The notes under the pieces were generated by a model. That model saw only the letters and a list, made by a program, of their open reading frames with translations, was not told the origin of the DNA and made no database searches. Position numbers and translations under genes: made by a program. A stretch of 64,000 nt of DNA from Acholeplasmataceae bacterium (lineage in GTDB: Bacteria; Bacillota_I; Bacilli_A; Acholeplasmatales; Acholeplasmataceae): the NCBI GenBank assembly GCA_963675245.1, contig OY775910.1, positions 256,001-320,000 on the forward strand. Direction: 5' to 3'. This document shows, in pieces, positions 46,536 through 56,000 of this stretch. Within the stretch, counting starts at the first letter, position 1. Each line of letters opens with the position of its first letter.

Positions 46536-47625
46536 GATAAATTAGAATAACAAGTGCAACACTGTAAAAGAAAATAAAAAGGTTCATAGATTCCTTTATA
46601 ATGTAAGTGACCAAACAAACATAAAAGGAGAACCTATGAACTACACTCATCTTACCATAGAAGAAAGAACTTGTATATATCAGTTATGGCTGTCTGGCGT
46701 TAGCATGAGACAGATAAGCAAAGCAATCAAACGAAGTGTTAGCACAATCTCAAGAGAGTTAAAAAGGAATGACTGCGGCTATCGATATAAATACTTACCA
46801 CACATTGCACAAAAGAGATATCAAAAGCGGCGAAAGAAATGTCATAGACCCATACGAATCAATCCTGAATTAAAAATATACATAGAAGAAAAGCTAGCTC
46901 AACAATGGTCACCAGAACAAATTGCTAAACGTGAAAAAGATCGACCTGAATACTGTCCATGTTACGCGACAATATATCGATGGATTCACAAAAAACACCT
47001 AATTAAAGGCGATATGACGCAATTAAGACGTAAAGGAAAGTTCAAGAGACCCGCAGAAACAAGGGGACGATTCAATATTGGTAAAACAATAAAAAAACGA
47101 CCTAAAGAAGTTTACAAGAGAGAAACAATAGGTCATTGGGAAGCAGATACAGTTGAATCGGGAAGAGTTAATTTTCAGCGAAAAAGCAAATATTGTTTCG
47201 TGACTTTAGCAGAACGCAAATCAAGGTTATACTTAGTTAAACTATTGCCAGATAGAACGAGTGAAAATGTGACAGCAGCTATCATAGAATTATTATCACA
47301 ATTCCCGCAAGAATTAGTAAAGACAATAACCTGTGATCGTGGTAAAGAATTTGCCAAATATAAAGAAATAGAAACACGATTAAGCTGTGATATGTATTTC
47401 GCTGATCCATATTGTGCGTGGCAAAAAGGGACTAATGAGAATTCCAATGGATTATTAAGAGAATATTATCCAAAAGGAATGGATCTGTCGAAAACAAATG
47501 ATGATGAAGTAACAAATGTACTAACACGCCTAAACAACAGACCTAGAAAATGCATAAACTTCAAAACACCATTAGAAGTAATCAATGAATCTTATAACGC
47601 GTTGCACTTGAATTGACAAATTATC
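46536..47625 (+). mobile_element. IS30-family insertion sequence (about 1090 bp)
   Basis: Imperfect 25-bp terminal IRs GATAA-N10-CAAGTGCAAC at 46536-46560 and 47601-47625; TATT (or 2-bp AT) on both flanks. Confidence 0.88.
46636..47616 (+). CDS. IS30-family DDE transposase
   Basis: STISRELKRN HTH, WSPEQIA, GHWEADT, DRGKEF, QKGTNENSNGLLREY, NNRPRK. Confidence 0.97.
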   Translation: MNYTHLTIEERTCIYQLWLSGVSMRQISKAIKRSVSTISRELKRNDCGYRYKYLPHIAQKRYQKRRKKCHRPIRINPELKIYIEEKLAQQWSPEQIAKREKDRPEYCPCYATIYRWIHKKHLIKGDMTQLRRKGKFKRPAETRGRFNIGKTIKKRPKEVYKRETIGHWEADTVESGRVNFQRKSKYCFVTLAERKSRLYLVKLLPDRTSENVTAAIIELLSQFPQELVKTITCDRGKEFAKYKEIETRLSCDMYFADPYCAWQKGTNENSNGLLREYYPKGMDLSKTNDDEVTNVLTRLNNRPRKCINFKTPLEVINESYNALHLN

Positions 47626-47643
47626 TATTAAAAAAAACCGGAA

Positions 47644-48273
47644 CTATTCCGGCTTCTGTTCTTTTTTAATCATAGACTTTATTGGTTCGTATGTTTTTCT
47701 GTGAATCGGTGTATATCCATATGTCTCAAGTGCTTCAATATGTGCCTTGGTTGGATATCCTTTATGTTGTTTAAATCCATATTCAGGAAACAACTTATCC
47801 ATTTCAAGCATGTATGCATCTCTTGTTGTTTTAGCAACGATACTCGCTGCTGCGATGGAGATACTTTTTTGATCCCCTTTAATAATGGAATTGGATGGTA
47901 TATCTAATTCAATTGGCATCGCGTCAATGAGCAAGTATTGCGGTTTTATTTTTAATTGTTCGATTGCAGATAACATCGCTTCTCTTGCTGCACGATAAAT
48001 ATTGATCCGTTCAATTTCTTCAACCGAAACAACCCCAATACCAATCGCTAAGGCATTTTCTTTAATTTCAATGAGTGCTTTTTCTCTTTGTTTTTCTGTT
48101 AACTTTTTAGAATCATCAACATACTTTAATATGACATTAGGTTTTAAGATAACTGCAGCAGCGACCACAGGTCCAGCAAGTGGTCCGCGACCTGCTTCAT
48201 CAATACCAGCAATATATTTAACACCGTGTTGCCATAACGGCTTTTCAAATTGATATAGGTCAAAGTCTGTCAA
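47644..48273 (-). CDS. rnhB: Ribonuclease HII
   Basis: GIDEAGRGPLAGPV, DSKKL, SIAAASIVAK, HKGY. Confidence 0.97.
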   Translation of the reverse strand: MTDFDLYQFEKPLWQHGVKYIAGIDEAGRGPLAGPVVAAAVILKPNVILKYVDDSKKLTEKQREKALIEIKENALAIGIGVVSVEEIERINIYRAAREAMLSAIEQLKIKPQYLLIDAMPIELDIPSNSIIKGDQKSISIAAASIVAKTTRDAYMLEMDKLFPEYGFKQHKGYPTKAHIEALETYGYTPIHRKTYEPIKSMIKKEQKPE

Positions 48274-49117
48274 AAGTGAGACCCCCTAATTGTCCATTTC
48301 TAATATCAGTTAATACGATTTGAAAAACGCGATCATAATCAATTTCAGCACCTTTTTGAATCGCACCTCTTAACGTACCAATATGATCAAGCATCTCTAC
48401 ACACATCATATCTGACGTGATGCCATAACGTTCTTTTAAACGATCAGGATAATATGTTTTTAAGTAGTTAAGTGCATAACAGACAACATCATCCATCGGT
48501 AGAATATTATCTCTAATCGCACCCGTGATGGCGAGATGAAAACCAATCTTATCATCTTCAAATTTAGGCCATAAGATACCTGGTGTATCTAATAGTTCAA
48601 ATGTATCACCTAATTTAATCCATTGTTGTGCTCTAGTAACCCCTGGACGATTCGCAGTACGTGCTGCTTTTTTATTAGCAAGCGCATTAATCAGTGTTGA
48701 TTTTCCAACATTAGGTATTCCTAAAATCATGGTGCGAATCGGACGTTCTTGAATGCCTTTCGCTTTTTCTCTTTCAAGTTGGTCTTTTAATGCAAGTCTT
48801 GCTAAAGCAGGTATTTGATGAATATTTCTTTTATTTTGAGCGTCAATTTTTAATGCGATAAACCCTTGTTTTTTAAAATCAGCGATAAATAAATCTGTTT
48901 CCTTATCATCTGCTAAATCCATTTTATTTAATAAGATAATACTAGGTTTATGCTTGATGGTTTTTAAAATGTTTGGATTCATTGATGATAATGGCAGTCT
49001 TGCATCTAACAAAATCATCACCATATCCATGAGTTTTAGTTTTTCTCTAATCTCACGAATAGATTTGAACATATGCCCCGGATACCATTGTATTTGTTTT
49101 GAATGTTGTTCGCTCAT
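48260..49117 (-). CDS. rbgA: Ribosome biogenesis GTPase RbgA (YlqF)
   Basis: IQWYPGHM, GIPNVGKSTLIN, DTPGILWPK. Confidence 0.97.
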   Translation of the reverse strand: MSEQHSKQIQWYPGHMFKSIREIREKLKLMDMVMILLDARLPLSSMNPNILKTIKHKPSIILLNKMDLADDKETDLFIADFKKQGFIALKIDAQNKRNIHQIPALARLALKDQLEREKAKGIQERPIRTMILGIPNVGKSTLINALANKKAARTANRPGVTRAQQWIKLGDTFELLDTPGILWPKFEDDKIGFHLAITGAIRDNILPMDDVVCYALNYLKTYYPDRLKERYGITSDMMCVEMLDHIGTLRGAIQKGAEIDYDRVFQIVLTDIRNGQLGGLTFDRL

Positions 49118-49896
49118 GAGACACCTCCAAATGGCCATATTTTGTAAACCACATGACCGATAATCGCATCCCTTTTAAACGACCCTAAATCACGACTGTC
49201 ATAAGATCCGAATTCATTATCTCCAAAAACAAGATATTCACCTTCTTTAACATAACCATTGCTGTCCAGGGAAGCTTCTATGATATCTTTTTCTGAATAT
49301 TCTCTAATGGTGTTTTCAGCATTGGTTCTCGCAATGTAGTCTTCACCATCTGCATGATATATCTCACCGTTGATTAAAATATAATAATTACTAGTACCAG
49401 CAATCGCTAGAAATTCAACTAAATCGCCTGGCATTGCTGCAATTCTTTTTACGAGTAATCTTTCACTTTGATCAGGATGTTCAACCGTATCCACATTTAA
49501 AATAATAATATCGCCTCTGGAAGGTTCATATCTAAATTGAGATACGAATACGATATCGCCACTTTGTAGGGTATTAATCATTGATGATTGTCTGACTGTA
49601 CTGGAGAAGAAAAAGAACATGAATAACACACATATCACAGTAAATGTCGTTCCTATAAACATCACATAATCTAAAAACTCTTCTTTCTTCGGTGTTTTTT
49701 TAAAACTGTAAGGATTGCGTTGTAGTAAGAAGATCACATAGGTTGTAACAAACCCTGTGATTAACAAGGCTATAACGAATGCAATATGTTGCCAGAAAAT
49801 ATAATTACTAGATACATTCAATGAAAAAAGGGTAATGGCTATAACCGCTAATAATAAGAGTATGACTAAGTTTGTATATGCTTTTTTTAGCGTCAT
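49114..49896 (-). CDS. lepB: Signal peptidase I with extra N-terminal TM helices
   Basis: SSMINTL (catalytic Ser), LVKRI (Lys), GDN..S.DSR. Confidence 0.88.
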   Translation of the reverse strand: MTLKKAYTNLVILLLLAVIAITLFSLNVSSNYIFWQHIAFVIALLITGFVTTYVIFLLQRNPYSFKKTPKKEEFLDYVMFIGTTFTVICVLFMFFFFSSTVRQSSMINTLQSGDIVFVSQFRYEPSRGDIIILNVDTVEHPDQSERLLVKRIAAMPGDLVEFLAIAGTSNYYILINGEIYHADGEDYIARTNAENTIREYSEKDIIEASLDSNGYVKEGEYLVFGDNEFGSYDSRDLGSFKRDAIIGHVVYKIWPFGGVS

Positions 49897-49920
49897 GGTA
49901 TCACCCTTTTACATCATTTT

Positions 49921-52044
49921 TTATTTTTTTAAAATTTCTTTTAATTCACTATATGTCACTAGCACATCTCTCGCTTTTGTACCTTGAGATTGAGAAACAA
50001 TTTCATAATATTCAAGCATTTCAATGAGTTTTTGGGCTCGATTGAATCCAATTTCAAATTGTTTTTGAATGTTATTGATTGAGGCGTTTTCTGTTTCAAC
50101 GACATAGAATGCGACATCTTCAAATAAATCATCAGTCACAATTTCTTTGGTTTCAACTTGTTTCTTTAAGTCTGAATGTTCAAACGAGTAATTTGTTGAA
50201 TAGCGTTCTCTAATAAAATCTGTGATCTTATAGATTTCATCATCAGGAATATACGCACCTTGTAAACGATGCGTGCGATCTGCACGTTTTAAAAGCATAT
50301 CTCCTTTACCTAGTAAAGTTTCAGCCCCTGCACCATCTAAAATCGTCGTTGAGTCAACAAATGAAGCTACTCTAAAGGCGATACGTGCTGGAATATTAGA
50401 TTTAATCGTACCTTTGACAACATCTGTTGTAGGTCGTTGTGTCGCAACCAGTAAATGAATACCTGCAGCTCTCGCTTTTTGTGTGATGCGTTGAATGGCA
50501 TCTTCTACTTCATGAGGAGAGGTCATCATCAAATCTGCTAACTCATCAATCACGATGACAATATAAGGCATCTTTTCGCCTTCAATGATGCCACGAGTAA
50601 TATTTTGGTTATATCCTTTTATATCTCTACTTCTTGAACGAGCAAACTTTTTATAACGTTTATCCATTTCAACAGTTGCCCAATTCAACGCCTGAGCGGC
50701 CATTTTAGCATCTGTAATAACAGGTGTAATCAAATGTGGTAAATCATTATAAGCTGATAATTCGACCATTTTAGGGTCAATCAGGATGAGTTTTAAATCC
50801 TCAGGAGAATTCTTGAGTAATAAACTACATAAGATGGTATTTACACAAACTGATTTACCACTGTTAGTAGCCCCTGCAATAAGACCATGAGGCATCGCTT
50901 GAATATCGACATAAATGTTTTCACCATCAATGTCGACGCCTAATGCGACTTTCAAAGGATGATTTTTATCATTTAAAAATTCATCTGTATCAACAACATT
51001 ACCAAACGCGACAATTTCTGGTTTAACGTTTGGCACTTCTAATCCAACATATGGTTTACCTGGAATAGGTGCTTCAATACGTAATGATTTAGATGCTAAG
51101 CTCATCATTAAGTTATCTGATATATTTGAGACACGTTTAACATTGACCCCTGGTTCTAGGGCAATTTCATAACGTGTAACTGTTGGTCCTTTTTTAGAGC
51201 CGTTAACAGATCCTTCAATACCAAATTGTTCAAGGGTCGCGTTAATCACATCAATTTGATCTAATAACCATGCCGGTTTTTCATCAAGATCACGATCTTT
51301 TTTAGAAAACATCCGAACATCAGGATATGTATACGTCGGTTGATGATATTCAAAATGAACTTGATCATGTGATGGTTGATTCACTTCTTCAACAAAATCA
51401 TCTTCATAGGTATCATCTTCATCAGGTGTTGTTATACCACCAAAGTCTGATGAAATGACATCTTTGACTTCTGGTTTAGAAAATTGTTTTCTTGAGAATG
51501 TCGAAAATGATGGTGATTCATCTCTTGGTTTTGTATCTACAACTGGTTCGTCTTCTATGTCAGGTGTCATATCAACCACTTTAGGTGCTTGTTTTCTAAC
51601 AAAAGGATTTGTCTTACCTTCACCTGCTGTTTTATCGACATAATGGGCACCAATCGGTGAAATGAGTGACTGTTTAACTGGTTCTGCTTTTTTGGGTTCT
51701 GGTCGTGGTGTATAATCTGATTCACCAAAATATTCTTCACGTGTTTTATGACTCACGATATTCGTGAATTCATAATATTTAGAACCATATTTTTCTTTGG
51801 CTTGATCTTCAGATAATTTATGTTTCGTTCTAAACGCGTCAAATCGTCTAATTGTATCACCGGTGTTTTTAACCATGAATGGTACAGCAACAACATCTTT
51901 AACACTCGAGCCAAAAATAGGTGATATGAATCGGTCTGATTCATATGACTTCTTCGTTCTAATCCCTTCTAATTTAACAAACTGGAAAATTAAGAAAGGT
52001 ACTTTCTTCACATGAAGTTCTGCTTGATTGTTTTGTTTTCTCAT
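49921..52044 (-). CDS. FtsK/SpoIIIE DNA translocase, soluble SftA-like type
   Basis: PHGLIAGATNSGKS, IDELADLM, ATQRP, C-terminal gamma domain; no N-terminal TM domain. Confidence 0.92.
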   Translation of the reverse strand: MRKQNNQAELHVKKVPFLIFQFVKLEGIRTKKSYESDRFISPIFGSSVKDVVAVPFMVKNTGDTIRRFDAFRTKHKLSEDQAKEKYGSKYYEFTNIVSHKTREEYFGESDYTPRPEPKKAEPVKQSLISPIGAHYVDKTAGEGKTNPFVRKQAPKVVDMTPDIEDEPVVDTKPRDESPSFSTFSRKQFSKPEVKDVISSDFGGITTPDEDDTYEDDFVEEVNQPSHDQVHFEYHQPTYTYPDVRMFSKKDRDLDEKPAWLLDQIDVINATLEQFGIEGSVNGSKKGPTVTRYEIALEPGVNVKRVSNISDNLMMSLASKSLRIEAPIPGKPYVGLEVPNVKPEIVAFGNVVDTDEFLNDKNHPLKVALGVDIDGENIYVDIQAMPHGLIAGATNSGKSVCVNTILCSLLLKNSPEDLKLILIDPKMVELSAYNDLPHLITPVITDAKMAAQALNWATVEMDKRYKKFARSRSRDIKGYNQNITRGIIEGEKMPYIVIVIDELADLMMTSPHEVEDAIQRITQKARAAGIHLLVATQRPTTDVVKGTIKSNIPARIAFRVASFVDSTTILDGAGAETLLGKGDMLLKRADRTHRLQGAYIPDDEIYKITDFIRERYSTNYSFEHSDLKKQVETKEIVTDDLFEDVAFYVVETENASINNIQKQFEIGFNRAQKLIEMLEYYEIVSQSQGTKARDVLVTYSELKEILKK

Positions 52045-52814
52045 GACGCTTCACCTTCATCCTTGAGATCATTGTTTAGTTGTGCATATATATCATCAAT
52101 GCCTGTATCAATGGTTTTTTCAATATTGAATACTTTTTTAGAATAAATCTTATATGTTTCTTCACCTGTAATAGCAATTACGGTGAGTCCAATTCTAACA
52201 AGTACGATATTAACAGCTGTTTCTTTTGTTAACTTTCTAAACCAGTATACAGGGTTTACGGCATTTAATACCATTAACGCTGAAGATGCGATTTTAGCAA
52301 CCTTCTTTGTATGCTTCATAACTTTGCTAGATTCTATTTTTGTTTTAACGGTATTCATTTTCACAAATTGGGCAAGCGTCATCCCACGCACTAAACCTAA
52401 TATCTTACCTTTTAAAATATCATCTAATCGGTCTGTAATGTAATGACTTAACTTTAATGATTCATCTACCGTTAATTCTAGATATGGATATTTTGATGTT
52501 GGATAAAACTTTTTAGCAATATCACTTGATAATTCCGTTAAGACATTGCCTAAATGTTTATAAAACCCTACATCATTTCTGATCCCTTTATCTTTGAATT
52601 GTTTTTGGGCATCTTCAATCAGCCATTTGATTTCTTCTTCATCAATGTCTGTTTCATCTGCATGACGTAATCGCATCCCTTTGTTCATACTTCTAACGAG
52701 TGCATAAACATAAATGAGCGACAATAAAATAAATCCAAATCCAATACCGATCAGGAAGCTTATAAGTGTACCTAAATTGATTTCAATTGGCCCGATCGAA
52801 AACCAGATGAGCAT
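52041..52814 (-). CDS. Hypothetical membrane-anchored protein
   Basis: N-terminal TM, GGAG RBS, overlaps the FtsK start. Confidence 0.65.
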   Translation of the reverse strand: MLIWFSIGPIEINLGTLISFLIGIGFGFILLSLIYVYALVRSMNKGMRLRHADETDIDEEEIKWLIEDAQKQFKDKGIRNDVGFYKHLGNVLTELSSDIAKKFYPTSKYPYLELTVDESLKLSHYITDRLDDILKGKILGLVRGMTLAQFVKMNTVKTKIESSKVMKHTKKVAKIASSALMVLNAVNPVYWFRKLTKETAVNIVLVRIGLTVIAITGEETYKIYSKKVFNIEKTIDTGIDDIYAQLNNDLKDEGEAS

Positions 52815-52980
52815 GTCATCAACTCCTATAGTTCATTATATCATTTATGATAGATATCATAAAGATGTTAGATTATCATTTATGCTTAGTAACGCATTTT
52901 ATGCATATTTTTGTGAGTATTATGTAATGTTCCTTGAAAAAATAAATGAATGTGCGATAATGGATAATGAGGTGAAATTT

Positions 52981-53799
52981 ATGAAAAGATACCTAATTGC
53001 CTGTGATATTGATGGGACAACACTCAATCATGATGGCAAATTAACTAAAAAAACGAAAGAAACACTTAAGAAGTATGAAGACATGGGTCATTTGGTTGTC
53101 CTAGCTACTGGTAGACCATTAGGTGCGACCTTACCTATTTATGAAGAAATCGGATTAAGAACACCGATCGTTACAGACAATGGCGCATCTATTGATCATC
53201 CGCATGATGTTGATTTCGCAAGAATGAGAACGTACATTCCAAAAGATATCGTCGATAAATTATTTACATTTGCGAAACCATTTCTTGATTCAGCCTTCTT
53301 CTCAAATGAAACCACCTTATATGCTTATCAATATGATAAAGGACTTGAACAGTACTTTATTCCAGTACCAAATTTAAAGTTTGTCGAAGGTGATTTTACA
53401 ACGTTTGATGTTGAACCAGCAGGTATGATATTCGCCATCGAAGAAAAACATCAAAAAGATCTTGAAGACTGGATGACCTCTCATTACCCTAATATTATCT
53501 CATATCGATTATGGGGAACTGGTCATGGCTTATCCATTTATGAAATCTATAATAAGCATACATCAAAATCAACTGCACTTAACTACTTATTAGAATATTA
53601 CGATATCGACAAGAAAAATGTCATCGCATTTGGTGATGGTATTAACGATATTGAAATGATCAGAGATTCGGCACATGGTGTCGCAATGAAAAACGGTAAT
53701 CCATTATTAAAAGATGTCGCGGATGCGTTAACCTTTGACACCAATGATGAAGATGGATTAGTTAAATATCTAGATTATTTCTTTAATCAACAAAAATAA
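52981..53799 (+). CDS. Cof-type HAD-IIB hydrolase
   Basis: DIDGT, ATGR, FGDGINDIEM; start after GAGGTG RBS. Confidence 0.93.
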   Translation: MKRYLIACDIDGTTLNHDGKLTKKTKETLKKYEDMGHLVVLATGRPLGATLPIYEEIGLRTPIVTDNGASIDHPHDVDFARMRTYIPKDIVDKLFTFAKPFLDSAFFSNETTLYAYQYDKGLEQYFIPVPNLKFVEGDFTTFDVEPAGMIFAIEEKHQKDLEDWMTSHYPNIISYRLWGTGHGLSIYEIYNKHTSKSTALNYLLEYYDIDKKNVIAFGDGINDIEMIRDSAHGVAMKNGNPLLKDVADALTFDTNDEDGLVKYLDYFFNQQK

Positions 53800-53822
53800 A
53801 GCCGTTATCGGCTTTTTATTTT
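53797..53822. terminator. Terminator after HAD gene; distal boundary of the cassette array
   Basis: AAAGCCG-TTAT-CGGCTTTTT. Confidence 0.75.
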
Positions 53823-53825
53823 TTC

Positions 53826-53888
53826 TTATTTAATTTCCACTAGTCCTTCTAATACGAGAAGCCATTTGATACGTTTCTTTTTATTCAT
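53826..53888 (-). pseudogene. Possible truncated cassette gene (MNKKKRIKWLLVLEGLVEIK)
   Basis: GAGG RBS and signal-peptide-like start, stop after 20 codons. Confidence 0.35.
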
Positions 53889-53948
53889 TTATCAACCTCT
53901 GTGAACAATTTAGAAAACATCAATGTCACTCATATTAAAAACACCAAT

Positions 53949-54128
53949 CTATGATTCCTCATCGTCTTCTGGTTTATGTTGTTTTAGGTATCCAGCAAGA
54001 AACATGACCGCAAATATTGTAAGCATCCCTAAATATCCTAGATGAGCACGAGATAATATTATTGTCATTATAATTAATCCAAAAAACCCAATGAGTGCTA
54101 TGATAAAATTAAATACTTTAAAATTCAT
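53949..54128 (-). CDS. Small 2-TM membrane protein (cassette 5)
   Basis: GGGGG RBS, own TGTTATAAT promoter; paralogue of 54820-55005 (IFAVMFLAGYLKQ). Confidence 0.75.
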   Translation of the reverse strand: MNFKVFNFIIALIGFFGLIIMTIILSRAHLGYLGMLTIFAVMFLAGYLKQHKPEDDEES

Positions 54129-54269
54129 ATTCCCCCATCCGACAATCATTAGTTAATGTATATTATAACATGGAATTAAAAAAGCCCCACTAAGGGCTTT
54201 GTTTATAAATTGAAGATATATAAGGGAAATGAGTACTAATCAATAGTTTAGGAGAACGTTCTATTCATA

Positions 54270-54650
54270 TCATGTTAATGTTGACTGATATGTTTCACCT
54301 GTTATGATAAAGAATACATTATCATCTTTGAATGCAATAATGAGATTTTTATATACCGCAAAAATTTGCGATAAATTTTCATCATCCATTCTTGATTCAT
54401 AATCTTGAAGACTAAAATATGCTTCAGCATCTTCGTTATTATCAAATTCTAAAATGTACGCTGCAAATTGTCCATTTTCATCTATTACACGATATTCATG
54501 AACGATATTATCAAATTCGCTTGTTGAAGTTTCAACAGTATAATGATTACTTTCTAAATCTTTAATGACATTATCTACAGAATAGCATCCAGTAAGTAAC
54601 GTCAAAAGTATTATAAATAATAGTAACGACAAAAGTTTTGAAATATTCAT
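54270..54650 (-). CDS. Hypothetical lipoprotein (cassette 4)
   Basis: Lipobox LLTG-C after hydrophobic stretch; GGGGG RBS; own promoter. Confidence 0.75.
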   Translation of the reverse strand: MNISKLLSLLLFIILLTLLTGCYSVDNVIKDLESNHYTVETSTSEFDNIVHEYRVIDENGQFAAYILEFDNNEDAEAYFSLQDYESRMDDENLSQIFAVYKNLIIAFKDDNVFFIITGETYQSTLT

Positions 54651-54719
54651 AATGCCCCCAATTAACATGTTTTCTTTTATTATATCACTTTATATCACCA
54701 AGAAATAGATTTTATTATT

Positions 54720-54757
54720 AAAAAATCCCTTAAAAAGGGATTCATTGTTCTAGTGGC
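54720..54757 (-). repeat. Eroded array repeat (terminator plus trace of tRNA 3' end)
   Basis: AAAAAATCCCTTAAAAAGGGATTCATTGTTCTAGTGGC matches 56612-56651. Confidence 0.7.
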
Positions 54758-54819
54758 ACAATGTAAAATATTTGAAACGTGAGTCATGATTTATAGCTAA
54801 TGACATATAAGACATAATA

Positions 54820-55005
54820 CTACTTTTCTTCATCTAATTCATTTTCTGGTTCGCTTTGTTTTAAGTAACCTGCAAGAAACATTACTGCAAAAATAAATAA
54901 CAATGCGATAGATCCTGCATTTATTGTAATTAAATAAATCGTTACACCTATCATCCCCAAAAAACCGACAATTGATAGCCGGACATTAAACTCTCTAAAA
55001 CTCAT
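54820..55005 (-). CDS. Small 2-TM membrane protein (cassette 3)
   Basis: GAGGGG RBS, own promoter; paralogue of 53949-54128. Confidence 0.75.
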   Translation of the reverse strand: MSFREFNVRLSIVGFLGMIGVTIYLITINAGSIALLFIFAVMFLAGYLKQSEPENELDEEK

Positions 55006-55063
55006 ATTACCCCTCCTCATTATAAAATTTTGATTATACTTATTATATCATACCTTTAAAAAA

Positions 55064-55144
55064 CAAAAAATCCCTCAACAAAGGGATTTATTTTTCTAAT
55101 AGCGATGCACGAGGGATTCGAACCCTCGATCGACGGCTTAGAAG
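55064..55144 (-). repeat. att-like direct repeat: 3' half of tRNA-Arg plus terminator
   Basis: Copy of 56611-56692; tRNA part 55100-55144 has 3 substitutions, including loss of CCA. Confidence 0.92.
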
Positions 55145-55178
55145 ATCATTTAGTCAGCACGAGGATTTTATAGTCAAT

Positions 55179-55847
55179 TTACAACTTAGACAGTTTTTTA
55201 AGGAATTTTGAAAACTTGCTAGGTTCCACATAGTTTATTTCTGATTTAACAAATCCTTTTAGTTTCTCTAAGTTTTTATGATACGATCTATTTATTTTTG
55301 TCACATTATCCTTATATTGCTTTTTATCAATATCTAATAGATTTTCATCACTAAAAGTATTTTCATATTCTAAAAATGATTCTCTTTTCTTCTTTTTGTC
55401 AAAATTAAACAATTTAATCGTGTCTTCCAAGAGATTTTTTTCTTCATTCATATTAAAATATTCTAATGAATCAATAATTTCATCGATATAGTTTACTAGA
55501 GATACTTCTCCTAAAACTTTGAAACCATATTCATGAATAAATCGTAAAAACTCATAGACTAAATAAACCTTAATAAATATAGTATCATTACTATTGATCA
55601 TTTTTTTAACATATTCCACTTTATCAAAATTTGTATAATATAACACATATTCCCAAATTATGTCTAAAATCTTTTCTTCTGGAATTCCTCGTAACAATTC
55701 ATATGATAGTGGATATGCCTTATAGAAGTTAACAATTTTACTTTTTCTTTCTTCTGCCTTCTTCATCATCTTTTCCATGTTAAATGAGAAAGCTTCACTT
55801 TTACTGATTCTCATTAATTTTTTAGCATGCTTGTTTTTTTTATACAT
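55179..55847 (-). CDS. Hypothetical soluble protein (cassette 2), weak DUF4375/DMP19-like pattern
   Basis: Very AT-rich ORF with GAGG RBS and own promoter; family resemblance by eye only. Confidence 0.65.
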   Translation of the reverse strand: MYKKNKHAKKLMRISKSEAFSFNMEKMMKKAEERKSKIVNFYKAYPLSYELLRGIPEEKILDIIWEYVLYYTNFDKVEYVKKMINSNDTIFIKVYLVYEFLRFIHEYGFKVLGEVSLVNYIDEIIDSLEYFNMNEEKNLLEDTIKLFNFDKKKKRESFLEYENTFSDENLLDIDKKQYKDNVTKINRSYHKNLEKLKGFVKSEINYVEPSKFSKFLKKLSKL

Positions 55848-55919
55848 AAGGATTTTCCTCAGAGTTTTCTTTAATTATATCACCGTAGGGCTCTTTAGAA
55901 AACGCCAAATTAACACTAA

Positions 55920-56000
55920 CAAAAAATCCCTTAACTAAGGGATTCATTTTTCTAATGGCGATGCACGAGGGATTCGAACCCCCGACCGACGGTTTAGAAG
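55920..56000 (-). repeat. att-like direct repeat: 3' half of tRNA-Arg plus terminator
   Basis: Copy of 56611-56692; tRNA part 55956-56000 has 1 substitution and starts exactly at anticodon loop CTTCTAA. Confidence 0.95.

Noticed and set aside
46533..47623. ATTGA(T/C)AAATTA direct repeat at the IS ends as a long target duplication or att site
   Set aside because: It lies mostly inside the terminal IRs and is explained by their AT-rich, partly symmetric sequence.
52714..52980. N-terminal extension of the HAD hydrolase
   Set aside because: The HAD motif and RBS place the start at 52981; the extension overlaps the divergent gene and its promoter region.
53846..53852. Inverted copy of the CTTCTAA crossover core
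   Set aside because: A 7-8 bp AT-rich match with no flanking tRNA or terminator similarity is expected by chance.
55100..56000. Additional functional tRNA genes
   Set aside because: Both copies lack the 5' half (acceptor 5' strand and D arm); they are att-like remnants.
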